Shown: in pieces, positions 9,614 through 17,692 of the stretch
Numbering within the stretch: position 1 is the stretch's first letter
How the letters are laid out: each line of letters starts with the position of its first letter
Assembly (NCBI RefSeq): GCF_001481685.1
Contig: NZ_CP006867.1
Coordinates: forward strand, 930,001 to 962,000
From: Ignicoccus islandicus DSM 13165
GTDB taxonomy: Archaea > Thermoproteota > Thermoprotei_A > Sulfolobales > Ignicoccaceae
Reading direction: 5' to 3'
DNA length: 32,000 bases
Made by a program: the position numbers and the translations under genes
Notes under the pieces: generated by a model
What the model saw: the letters and a program-made list of their open reading frames with translations, nothing else
The model's database searches: none
Told to the model about the DNA's origin: nothing

Positions 9614-10899
9614 GTAGAGATCCAATAGGGAATAGAAAGCACTACCACTACTACAACCACAACCACTATACAACTACACACAGTAGAGATCCAATAGGGA
9701 ATAGAAAGTCCGTCCGATAGGATCACTCCTTATCACCTCCTTTTTAAGTAGAGATCCAATAGGGAATAGAAAGATTTCGCTCTCCTCATGTCCTATTACT
9801 CATGTACACTTTTAAGTGTAGAGATCCAATAGGGAATAGAAAGCTATTTCATTCTGGAGGAGGCGGTAGCGGTGGCAGTAAGTAGAGATCCAATAGGGAA
9901 TAGAAAGGAACAACTTCAACGTAAACGTACCGAGTTTCGTTAACTTTGTAGAGATCCAATAGGGAATAGAAAGCCCGCAACCGCTCCTTCCGCTATATCC
10001 TCGAGCGTGATTATGTAGAGATCCAATAGGGAATAGAAAGTTCTAGTTCTTCGAGTATCTCAATGAAGTTCTTTAGGCGTAGAGATCCAATAGGGAATAG
10101 AAAGGAAGGACAAGATACGAAAGTTCCTAAAGGAGAATGAATATTTTGTAGAGATCCAATAGGGAATAGAAAGCTCGCTCTGATCCGGAAGCTCGTAATA
10201 CAATAGCACTAGTAGAGATCCAATAGGGAATAGAAAGCCACCTCCGCAACAAGGAGGAGGGGCAAGTCGAACGTGTAGAGATCCAATAGGGAATAGAAAG
10301 TCCGCATTGTCTCCATAACCTCGCACAGATCGAATGTGGTCTGTAGAGATCCAATAGGGAATAGAAAGAAGCTCTAGCGAGAATTCTCTTAGACAAGAAA
10401 GAATGGGCGTAGAGATCCAATAGGGAATAGAAAGTCTAGACAATAAATATGCTAAGCTCTTCTTATCGAAGAAGTAGAGATCCAATAGGGAATAGAAAGT
10501 GCCATCCCGGTCACCGAATATTAGTAGTGTGCACTTGGTAGAGATCCAATAGGGAATAGAAAGATCAAATTCAGCGAGGCTTCTTTAAGCGCATCGATTA
10601 GCTCGTAGAGATCCAATAGGGAATAGAAAGCTATCGATGAGGTAAACGAAAAGAAGCGCCTCGGTAATGTTGTAGAGATCCAATAGGGAATAGAAAGCCG
10701 TAAATGTCATATTCGTGTATATACTCGAAAACAATTTCGTAGAATCCCAATAGGGAATAGAAAGAAGGTGGGAGTGCAATTCCCCCACCTTTCATAATAT
10801 TCGAGTAGAATCCCAATATGGAATAGAAAGGGGCCGAGTATTCGTTCAGCGTCGTGTTCGGTCCAGAGCTCTTGTAGAATCCCAATAGGGAATAGAAAG
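9614..10899 (+). CRISPR. CRISPR array, 20 repeats of 26 nt and 19 spacers of 37-44 nt
   Basis: Consensus GTAGAGATCCAATAGGGAATAGAAAG. Repeat starts: 9614, 9683, 9748, 9818, 9882, 9948, 10015, 10079, 10148, 10212, 10275, 10343, 10409, 10474, 10538, 10605, 10672, 10739, 10805, 10874. The last three are GTAGAATCCCAATAGGGAATAGAAAG, with one extra G>T in the 19th. The repeat ends in the GAAAG typical of crenarchaeal crRNA handles. Confidence 0.99.
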
Positions 10900-11168
10900 G
10901 AGGAAGAGTAGTGGACTTTATTGCTACGTAGGGGACCTCATAGGATGTAGACCCTTGCAAATATCTCTGTAGGAAGGGAGCTTCGCGTAATACCACTTGT
11001 ACGAGGGACCGGTTGGGATTCTGAACCCGAAAATTCCGCCCCTTGAACTCCGATACCAACAAACGTTGTCTTCAGAGAAAAACTGTTGATGAGAATAACT
11101 CTAGTAATTACATAGCCTGGAAAAGAGTAGATGATCCATTAGGCTATACTTGACAAGGGTGCGTAGGA

Positions 11169-11264
11169 TTGTCGAGGACGGTTAAAGCTAGGTATGAAAA
11201 GGGCGTTCTGAAGCTACTGGATCCAGTGGAACTCAGAGGAGACGACGAGGTAATAGTAGGCTAG
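11169..11264 (+). pseudogene. AF2212-like (DUF104) antitoxin fragment or very short antitoxin ORF
   Basis: TTG-initiated conceptual translation MSRTVKARYEKGVLKLLDPVELRGDDEVIVG*, matching the N-terminal half of AF2212-like antitoxins (ARYENGVLKPLEPLDLxEGxEV pattern). Confidence 0.6.
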
Positions 11265-11400
11265 AGACCTCCGAAGATAGGGTTAGGTGGCTTAGGAAGC
11301 GCTGTTGAATACTCAGCAAAACAGCAATTAGGAGATAGAGGAGCTACTGCTCGAAGTCGAAGTTCGAGAGGCTATAAAGTATAGCTTGGAAAACACGATA

Positions 11401-11445
11401 ATGAAACTTATTGATACTAACGTCTTTATTTCGATATATCCTTAA
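11401..11445 (+). pseudogene. Truncated PIN-domain (VapC-type) toxin N-terminus
   Basis: ATG AAA CTT ATT GAT ACT AAC GTC TTT ATT ... = MKLIDTNVFISIYP*, the typical VapC N-terminal DTNVFI motif, then stop. Confidence 0.55.
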
Positions 11446-11673
11446 CTGAAATAACGTAGAGTCACGAGAGAGACTATAAGGTAGTATAACCTTGCGCTGA
11501 GCGACTTCGTCGTAGCTCTGACGTACAAGTTCAATTAGCTCAAAGTAGTCCCTTAACTCGTCAATAGGTTATCAAGGTAATTCTAAGTAGAGTGTGAACC
11601 AATATGGGCTCCTACAGTAATTTAAAGTTGAAACTTGCTCTTCATAAAGAGAAACTTTACGTAGAGGTATAAG

Positions 11674-11721
11674 TGGCGCAGCGGCCGGAATTTGAACCCG
11701 GGACCACGGGCTCCGAAGGCC
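11674..11721 (-). other. Orphan tRNA-Arg(TCG)-like 3' half
   Basis: Minus strand GGCCTTCGGAGCCCGTGGTCCCGGGTTCAAATTCCGGCCGCTGCGCCA: anticodon loop CTTCGGA, T-arm and 3' acceptor strand + G-CCA, but no D-arm or 5' acceptor strand adjacent. 42/48 identical to the same part of tRNA-Arg(CCG) at 13548-13595, with a 26-nt identical core. Confidence 0.85.
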
Positions 11722-11879
11722 AACACTCATAAACAATTGTTCCACTAGTTGATGATAGTTTGAAACAGTACTGATAAGTTTTTACACCAATTATCTAGGT
11801 ATAGGAGACAGTTAGTCCAAGGACGTGGTTTCGTTAAAGTTGGTCTTGTTGCTGGGGACTGCTAGAATTAATAGCTTTC

Positions 11880-12197
11880 ATGAATACACTGTTTGTAGAG
11901 GGAGCTAAAGTGACTAAGGTTGGTATTAAGCGAGTTGTAATTGAGGTTCCAGAGAATCTTAGGATTCCTCCAGGTGAGCTTGAGGAGAGACTTAGGATAG
12001 AGTTAGCTCTGAGGCTCTACGAGAAGGGTATAGCCAATCTGGGCCAGGCCCGTAGAATAGCAGGGCTATCGAAGTGGGATTTCCTAGAACTACTAGCCCG
12101 GGAGAGAATACCGATACGCTATGGCGAAGAGGAGCTAAGAGAGGATCTGGAGGTCGCCAAGAAACTTGCGGAGAGAGCGAGAAAGCAACGATACTAG
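11880..12197 (+). CDS. UPF0175-family protein, probable antitoxin
   Basis: LRIELALRLYEKGIANLGQARRIAGLSKWDFLELLARERIPIRYGEEELREDLEVAKKLA; immediately 5' of and overlapping a DUF3368/PIN-like ORF. Confidence 0.85.
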   Translation: MNTLFVEGAKVTKVGIKRVVIEVPENLRIPPGELEERLRIELALRLYEKGIANLGQARRIAGLSKWDFLELLARERIPIRYGEEELREDLEVAKKLAERARKQRY

Positions 12198-12687
12198 AGA
12201 TTCGAATTTAATTGTTGTCTCTGATTCAAGTGTTATTATTGCACTTGCTAGAATATGCCGCCTAGACCTCCTTGAGAAGCTCTTCGGGAAGATCATCGTA
12301 CCCGAGGCTGTTTGGAGAGAGGTAACGGTTGAGGGCAAACTTGGCCGCGAGAAGGTGTTGAGGGCAGGGTTTATCCGCGTAAAGGAGGTGCGTGATAGAA
12401 GGCTGGCAATGCTTCTCAAAGAGCTTGTTGATGATGGTGAGGCAGAAGCGATAACACTAGCACTAGAGGTTGATGCAGACGTATTGCTCATCGACGACCG
12501 TGACGCTAGAAGCCTGGCGAAAGAGCTTGGGCTACAGGTTATGGGCGTGCTGGGCGTACTAGCACTAGCCAAGTATAACGGCATAATCCCAGAGGTGAAA
12601 CCGATAGTAACCGAACTCGTAGAGAGCGGCTTCTGGGTATCAACGGGAATTCTTGAAGAATTCCTTAGGGAGTTAGGTGAGTACTAA
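12166..12687 (+). CDS. DUF3368 PIN-like protein, probable toxin partner
   Basis: VVSDSSVIIALARICRLDLLEKLFGKIIVPEAVWREV, DDGEAEAITLALEVDADVLLIDDRDARSLAKELGLQVMGVLGVLALAK; true start may be further in than 12166. Confidence 0.88.
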   Translation: MRRERESNDTRDSNLIVVSDSSVIIALARICRLDLLEKLFGKIIVPEAVWREVTVEGKLGREKVLRAGFIRVKEVRDRRLAMLLKELVDDGEAEAITLALEVDADVLLIDDRDARSLAKELGLQVMGVLGVLALAKYNGIIPEVKPIVTELVESGFWVSTGILEEFLRELGEY

Positions 12688-13126
12688 AAACCTTATCTAA
12701 TCAGCTATCATTAAGATACGTGTACGGGAGGCTGTTACCGCCTCGCAGAACTATGACTGGTCTCACGCTGCTGAGTCCATGACATAGGTAAACTATTCCT
12801 TAAAGAACTTAAAGCGCAACTTGGAGGATATGCTAGATAAATTAAGACAAGGAATTAAAAAGGAACCATCAGTAATTCAATCGATATACTCTAGAAGGCG
12901 CTGAGACTATAAGGTTTGGAAATCACCATGGTAAGTACCCGTTTCACGAGCACTGGCGTATACTGGTATTAGGAGAGGCATTGTTGAAATAACGTATAGG
13001 GAGTTTGATCTCTACGTTTTTCTATCGCTCACGGGAATTAATCGGGAGAAAAACGGACGCTCGATAGAGCAATAGAGAATAAAGGAACGTTAATTTGCAA
13101 CTCCTAAGAACGCCATTGGAGTTTGA

Positions 13127-13471
13127 AAGGCGATAGTCCATGAGGCCTCTAAGATGCTTGAGAAAAAGCATCGAGGTCTACTCTACGAGTATCTGCTCGA
13201 ATCCCTTGCTATGATCCTTGGAGAGCGGTTTAAGGGAGGAATGTTCCGCCCCTCCTATAAAGTGCTTCGCTACGGCCAGATCACTGGTGCCTTGAGAGCC
13301 GAGCTAGGGATTCGAGGTATACATGCTGTTGGCATTATCGAAAGGTTTGACGTGGCTTCCTTATCTACTCACCCCAAGGATAAAGTGGCAAGCATCGCAG
13401 AACCTCCCTTCTCTACTCAATATCGAGATCGATGTTGCGGCACTTTCCCTAACTGTCCCAAGCCTCCTTAA
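13127..13471 (+). pseudogene. Degraded coding remnant, possibly of a RAMP-like protein
   Basis: Reads KAIVHEASKMLEKKHRGLLYEYLLESLAMILGERFKGGMFRPSYKVLRYGQITGALRAELGIRGIHAVGIIERF... after a stop at 13124-13126, then loses protein-like character; family call is impressionistic. Confidence 0.25.
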
Positions 13472-13547
13472 GGATTTTGGAGTAGTCCCAGAGGTATAAA
13501 AACTTACTCGGGACAGAAGAGAAATATTTATATATAGGGTATTTACG

Positions 13548-13624
13548 TGGCGGCCCCGCCGGGATTTGAACCCGGGACCACGGGCTCCGGAGGCCCGCGC
13601 TCCTCCTGGCTGAGCTACGGGGCC
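13548..13624 (-). tRNA. tRNA-Arg (anticodon CCG), 3' CCA encoded
   Basis: GGCCCCG/CGGGGCC acceptor, GCTC/GAGC D-stem, CGGGC-CTCCGGA-GCCCG anticodon arm, CCGGG-TTCAAAT-CCCGG T-arm, G-CCA. Confidence 0.93.
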
Positions 13625-13769
13625 GCAATCCTTCCCTATTTGTTTTGGGAGGTTACGGGAATCTAAAATGCTGAGCGTTAGCTCTATCTAACAGTAAAAA
13701 GGGCTATTCAGTTGATTAATTCTAGTGAAAGATACTAAGATATTAATGTATGTTCCTATAGCGATAGCA

Positions 13770-14927
13770 ATGAAAAAGGTATTGTTCCTGGGCGCAGGAC
13801 CATGTACGCTCGTCGCCATTAGGAGGCTTAGAGAAGGTCCTCCTGAAATTCAGGATCAACTAGATATGACTATAATTACTAATGATCAATGGCACTATTT
13901 CCCCCCGCTCTTTGCGGACTTGGCCCTGGGCGAGGTAACCGTTGATAAGATTCGCGCTCCGGCCGAGAACATCGCCAAGAGGTACAACGCTAAGTTCGTT
14001 CTCGATGAAGTTGTTAAGGTAGATCCGGCAAATAGGCTCGTTATGACTAAAAGCGGTAAGAGCTTCACCTACGATTACTTGTTCCTCTGTATGGGAACTA
14101 GGAACGCTCCAGAGGTTATTCCCGGACTGGCGGAGTACGGTTACCACAATTACTCCCTAGAAGGAGCCTTGAAGATGAAGGAGGCCTTAGCGAAGTTCAA
14201 GGGAGGTAACATAGTAGTTCTGACTCCCGAAATACCTTATAGGTGTGGGTGCTACCCCTTCGAAGTGGTAGGCAGGCTCAAGTACTTGGCTCAGAGGAAG
14301 GGAAGGAACTACAGCGTAACCTTAGTCCACACAATGACGGACGAGCAAATATTCGGTGCCTTTAAGGACGTTGCGAGGCAATTCAAGAGACTCCACGACA
14401 GAATGGGGATAAAGTACGTAACTGGTAAGAACGTAGAGAGAATTGAACCGAAGAAAATCATATTCCAGAACGGCGAAACGTTGGGATACGACTTGTTGAT
14501 CTACGTGCCCCCAGTTAGAGTGCCTAAGGCAGTCGAAGGAGTTGACGAACTGGTTGCGAATCCCAAGGCGTTGAGAACGACCTTCCCGAGCTTCCGTAAC
14601 CCCCACTACGATGAGATATTCGTTCCAACGGACTCCGCGATGCCTTCAGTAGGCCTACCAATCGCTGGTATTTTCACCCACGCTGCCGCAATAGCCGCTG
14701 CAGATGGACTAATTGCGGACCTCACTGGCGTAAAGGCAAGCGTTCCGTTCCCTGAGCAAATAGTGGCCGTAACGGACTTCGGTCCTACCGGCTACTTGGT
14801 CAGCTTCGATGTTTACGATAATGGAGATGGAACGGCCAGACAGCAAATGTACGTAAGTGCATCTAATCCCTTCATCAAGTTCATGAAGCTCTCGTTTTAC
14901 TTAGGTTGGATAGAATCCTTAAAGTGA
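13770..14927 (+). CDS. FAD/NAD(P)-binding oxidoreductase, sulfide:quinone oxidoreductase-like
   Basis: MKKVLFLGAGPCTLVAIRRL dinucleotide-binding motif, YLFLCMGTRN, C-terminal DGNGTARQQMYVS...; internal start preferred over 13725. Confidence 0.85.
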   Translation: MKKVLFLGAGPCTLVAIRRLREGPPEIQDQLDMTIITNDQWHYFPPLFADLALGEVTVDKIRAPAENIAKRYNAKFVLDEVVKVDPANRLVMTKSGKSFTYDYLFLCMGTRNAPEVIPGLAEYGYHNYSLEGALKMKEALAKFKGGNIVVLTPEIPYRCGCYPFEVVGRLKYLAQRKGRNYSVTLVHTMTDEQIFGAFKDVARQFKRLHDRMGIKYVTGKNVERIEPKKIIFQNGETLGYDLLIYVPPVRVPKAVEGVDELVANPKALRTTFPSFRNPHYDEIFVPTDSAMPSVGLPIAGIFTHAAAIAAADGLIADLTGVKASVPFPEQIVAVTDFGPTGYLVSFDVYDNGDGTARQQMYVSASNPFIKFMKLSFYLGWIESLK

Positions 14928-14928
14928 G

Positions 14929-15393
14929 GTGATGGAAATGGCGGAAGGTAAGGGTAACCCAATTACCAACTTAGAAGTCGAGAAAGTCGAGGAAGCCACC
15001 AAGGCCCTCGAGAGGTTAATAGATGCTCTCGCGAAATTGAAGGAAAACGGCATGCTAGACATGATAATAGCTTTGGCCGATATGTCCGAGGAACTAATGG
15101 AATTAGGCTTGAACGATAGGAGATTACATCACGCAATGGCAGCAGCTGACGGGGCTCTAAACGCACTGGAATACGTGGATCCAATAGTATTTAAGGAGAA
15201 CGTCGAGTACATCAACGAATGCGCAGTAAAGGCCTTGGATAACCCGAAGCTGTTGAAGGAACTGAAGCCTGTTGGGTTGGGAGGTTTGTTGAAAGTAATG
15301 AAGGATCCCGACATAGGAATAGGACTCGCATTGATGTTAGCGATAGCGAAGTCCTTAGGAAGGTGCTTGAGGGAAAAGGCTTCACTCAAATAA
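14929..15393 (+). CDS. DUF1641-family protein
   Basis: Helical 154 aa ORF next to the SQR-like gene, with the DUF1641-like end VGLGGLLKVMKDPDIGIGLALMLAIAKSLGRCL. Confidence 0.7.
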   Translation: MMEMAEGKGNPITNLEVEKVEEATKALERLIDALAKLKENGMLDMIIALADMSEELMELGLNDRRLHHAMAAADGALNALEYVDPIVFKENVEYINECAVKALDNPKLLKELKPVGLGGLLKVMKDPDIGIGLALMLAIAKSLGRCLREKASLK

Positions 15394-16173
15394 CGCCCTA
15401 ACCCAATAATCTCCTATTACTAAGGTTGCGAGGAAACCTAAGGTCATGTAGACCAAGAAAGGCGTCGCGTAGGTAACCATTAGGTATTGGTCCTCCCTTA
15501 TAATTCCTTTTTCAATGCTATTCTTAACTGCTTTCCTGTGGTCCTCCGGTTCCTCGTCTATCGAAACCCTCTTCCTCAATTCCTTTTTAACAATACCATT
15601 CTCTATTTCATGTATTAGGTACCAGAAATCAGTTCTGAGGTATTCCTTCGCCTTCATGACCTTGCCGCTAAGCCCGTAATGTAACGTTCCTAAAAGACCT
15701 ATTTTGTTTTCCTTCAAGAACTTCCTGAACTCCGGATTGAGGAGGTTAGATATCAACCTCACCAATGCAATTAGAATGGCCAGAATCGTTGCGTGGAGTA
15801 GGGTTAATATGGGAACTGGAGTTATCGCCCTCAATCCTAGGAACAGTGGGTACCACGGAACAGTTAGGCTTAGGAACAAGTATGCTAGCATGTCAGCGCC
15901 GCCCAGCATCGCCATTTTGTAGCTCACGTAGAGGAAGGGAAATATTATAAGCGAGAAAACTAGCTCCAATAGAAGCAATTTGAATAATGCAACCGATAGA
16001 CCGCTCACGAGATAGAGCTCAATTAGAGTCAGCGCCGCTCCTATAATCCCGGTCAACCACAGCTTGGGCTCTATCTCCCTAGTCTTTAGGTCCGAATAGG
16101 CCGCGTAACCCATAACGCCTAATGCTAGAACTAACTTGGAAATTTCTAAACCGAAAATTACGTCCTTGACCAA
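15382..16173 (-). CDS. Type IV prepilin/preflagellin peptidase-like membrane protein (A24 family)
   Basis: Polytopic protein with AAYSDLKTREIEPKLW and AMLGGADMLAYLFLSL, the two aspartate motifs of the family. Confidence 0.75.
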   Translation of the reverse strand: MVKDVIFGLEISKLVLALGVMGYAAYSDLKTREIEPKLWLTGIIGAALTLIELYLVSGLSVALFKLLLLELVFSLIIFPFLYVSYKMAMLGGADMLAYLFLSLTVPWYPLFLGLRAITPVPILTLLHATILAILIALVRLISNLLNPEFRKFLKENKIGLLGTLHYGLSGKVMKAKEYLRTDFWYLIHEIENGIVKKELRKRVSIDEEPEDHRKAVKNSIEKGIIREDQYLMVTYATPFLVYMTLGFLATLVIGDYWVRALFE

Positions 16174-16212
16174 AGCTTACTCCGGTAAAGGAAATTTGGG
16201 GGGAGAGGTAAT

Positions 16213-17037
16213 TTACAGTAAGGCAGTCTCTAAGGAATTGCAACAAGAGCACTCTTCCGGTTCGCTGGGTAACTTGGGAATCATTTCGTATAGGAGCTTC
16301 TTGGCGTTCTCTACGTTCCTTTGCATCGTTTCTATTACTTCTTGCGCAGTAACGGGTCTCTCTGCCCATACGTCGTAATCGGTGACCATTGCAATGGTAG
16401 CGTAACACATCTGCGCCTCGCAAGCTAAGTTAACTTCGGGTACTAGGGTCATACCGATTACGTCTGCCTTGAAAACGTTCTTCCAAACGAAACTCTCGGC
16501 CTTCGTTGAGAACCTAGGTCCCTCTATACATATGTAGGTACCCTTCTCGTGAACCTTTATTCCAAGCTTCTTAGCGCTTTCAATTGCGACCTTCCTTAGG
16601 GTATTACAGAAGGGTTCGGCCATACTCACGTGAGCGACCACGGGACCATCGAAGAACGTGTACTCCCTTTTCTTGGTCATGTCTATGAACTGGTCCGGTA
16701 CCACGAAGTGACCGGGTTCCATTTCCTCTCTCAAACTGCCTACTGCTGAGACACTAATTACGTACTTTACGCCTAAGGACTTCAATGCCCATATGTTGGC
16801 CCTGTAGTTGACCTTGTGAGGCGGTATCTTGTGGCCCCTACCGTGCCTAGCCAGGAACGCTACCTTCCTACCTTCTAGCTCCCCTATTATCACGTTATCG
16901 CTGGGAAGGCCGTAAGGGGTGTAAACCTTGAGCTCCTTAACGTTCCTAAGTATTTCCGGATCGTATAGACCGGAACCGCCTATTACGGCTATTTCGGCCT
17001 TAACTTCCGGTTGAGGAGGGAAAGGATACTTACTCAA
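16213..17037 (-). CDS. mtnP: S-methyl-5'-thioadenosine phosphorylase
   Basis: [87 protein letters not shown]. Confidence 0.93.
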   Translation of the reverse strand: MSKYPFPPQPEVKAEIAVIGGSGLYDPEILRNVKELKVYTPYGLPSDNVIIGELEGRKVAFLARHGRGHKIPPHKVNYRANIWALKSLGVKYVISVSAVGSLREEMEPGHFVVPDQFIDMTKKREYTFFDGPVVAHVSMAEPFCNTLRKVAIESAKKLGIKVHEKGTYICIEGPRFSTKAESFVWKNVFKADVIGMTLVPEVNLACEAQMCYATIAMVTDYDVWAERPVTAQEVIETMQRNVENAKKLLYEMIPKLPSEPEECSCCNSLETALL

Positions 17038-17110
17038 CGGCCCTCGTCCCGATTAAAAGTTTAGGTGTGTAGGGGAGAATTCTCTAGGCGAGTTCTGTAG
17101 TACTCAATTA

Positions 17111-17557
17111 TTACTCTTCTTCCTCCAGTTCCTCGGCCAGTATTCTGTTGAACTCCTCAATTATTGGACCGCTTTCGAGCCAATAGAGCTTGTTGTCTTT
17201 GTACCAGAAAGCGGCTGGGTATTCGTCCCTTCCAGATTGCATGTAAACCATTTCAACGTCTCTCCCGCCTATCTTAGTTCTCTCATATCTAGAGAAACCG
17301 AACAGCTCGTATAAGTTCTCGACGCTCTCCCTCAACCATTCCATAACGGCCTTGGCCTTCTCCTCGCTATCCAGATCTATTATCCACATCAATGACCCTT
17401 CGTCGAACCTCTTCAACGTAACCTTGTTGGGATCTATTGCTGGATTAGAGAACAAGGTCTTAGCAAGGGTAGGGTGGATCACCTCGAATGCCTTGACTGC
17501 ATCCGAACCCTTCTTTTCAAGAACTACTCTAGCCAAGCGAACTAGCCCCCACAACAC
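17111..17557 (-). CDS. Hypothetical protein
   Basis: 148 aa ORF with protein-like composition, no recognised motif. Confidence 0.55.
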   Translation of the reverse strand: MLWGLVRLARVVLEKKGSDAVKAFEVIHPTLAKTLFSNPAIDPNKVTLKRFDEGSLMWIIDLDSEEKAKAVMEWLRESVENLYELFGFSRYERTKIGGRDVEMVYMQSGRDEYPAAFWYKDNKLYWLESGPIIEEFNRILAEELEEEE

Positions 17558-17692
17558 TCTATCCTCAACTAATATTTAAGGTACCAACTCCATCACAATT
17601 CCCAACTAAAAGCAATGCAGTTTTGTGCCCCGCACGCGATATGGAATTCAATTTCACTAGTAATTTTTTCCGAATAATGAGAACACGGTGTC

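Noticed and set aside
9228-9628. Plus-strand ORFs 9228-9437 and 9434-9628
   Set aside because: Composition is not protein-like, no recognisable motifs, and the second runs into the CRISPR leader and first repeat.
9472-11062. Minus-strand ORFs with repeated LSIPYWIST/FLFPIGSL/FYSLLDLY peptides (9472-9726, 10060-10485, 10127-10420, 10585-10788, 10631-11062)
   Set aside because: The repeated peptides are translations of the CRISPR repeat read in different frames on the opposite strand, not a real repeat protein family.
11747-11790. TGATGA...CTGA pattern resembling box C/D sRNA elements
   Set aside because: The spacing is too short for a full C-D'-C'-D arrangement and there is no terminal stem.
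11446-13010. Short shared strings (GACTATAAGGT near 11470 and 12905; TGAAATAACGTA near 11446 and 12984)
   Set aside because: Only 11-12 nt identical in AT-rich degraded sequence, with no consistent flanking similarity; not enough to call a repeat family.
13548-13624. Direct attL/attR duplication between the intact tRNA-Arg(CCG) and the 11674 fragment
   Set aside because: The fragment has a different anticodon and 4 of 7 differences in the acceptor strand, so a recent exact att duplication of this same tRNA is not supported; only a looser integration or split-tRNA hypothesis is kept.
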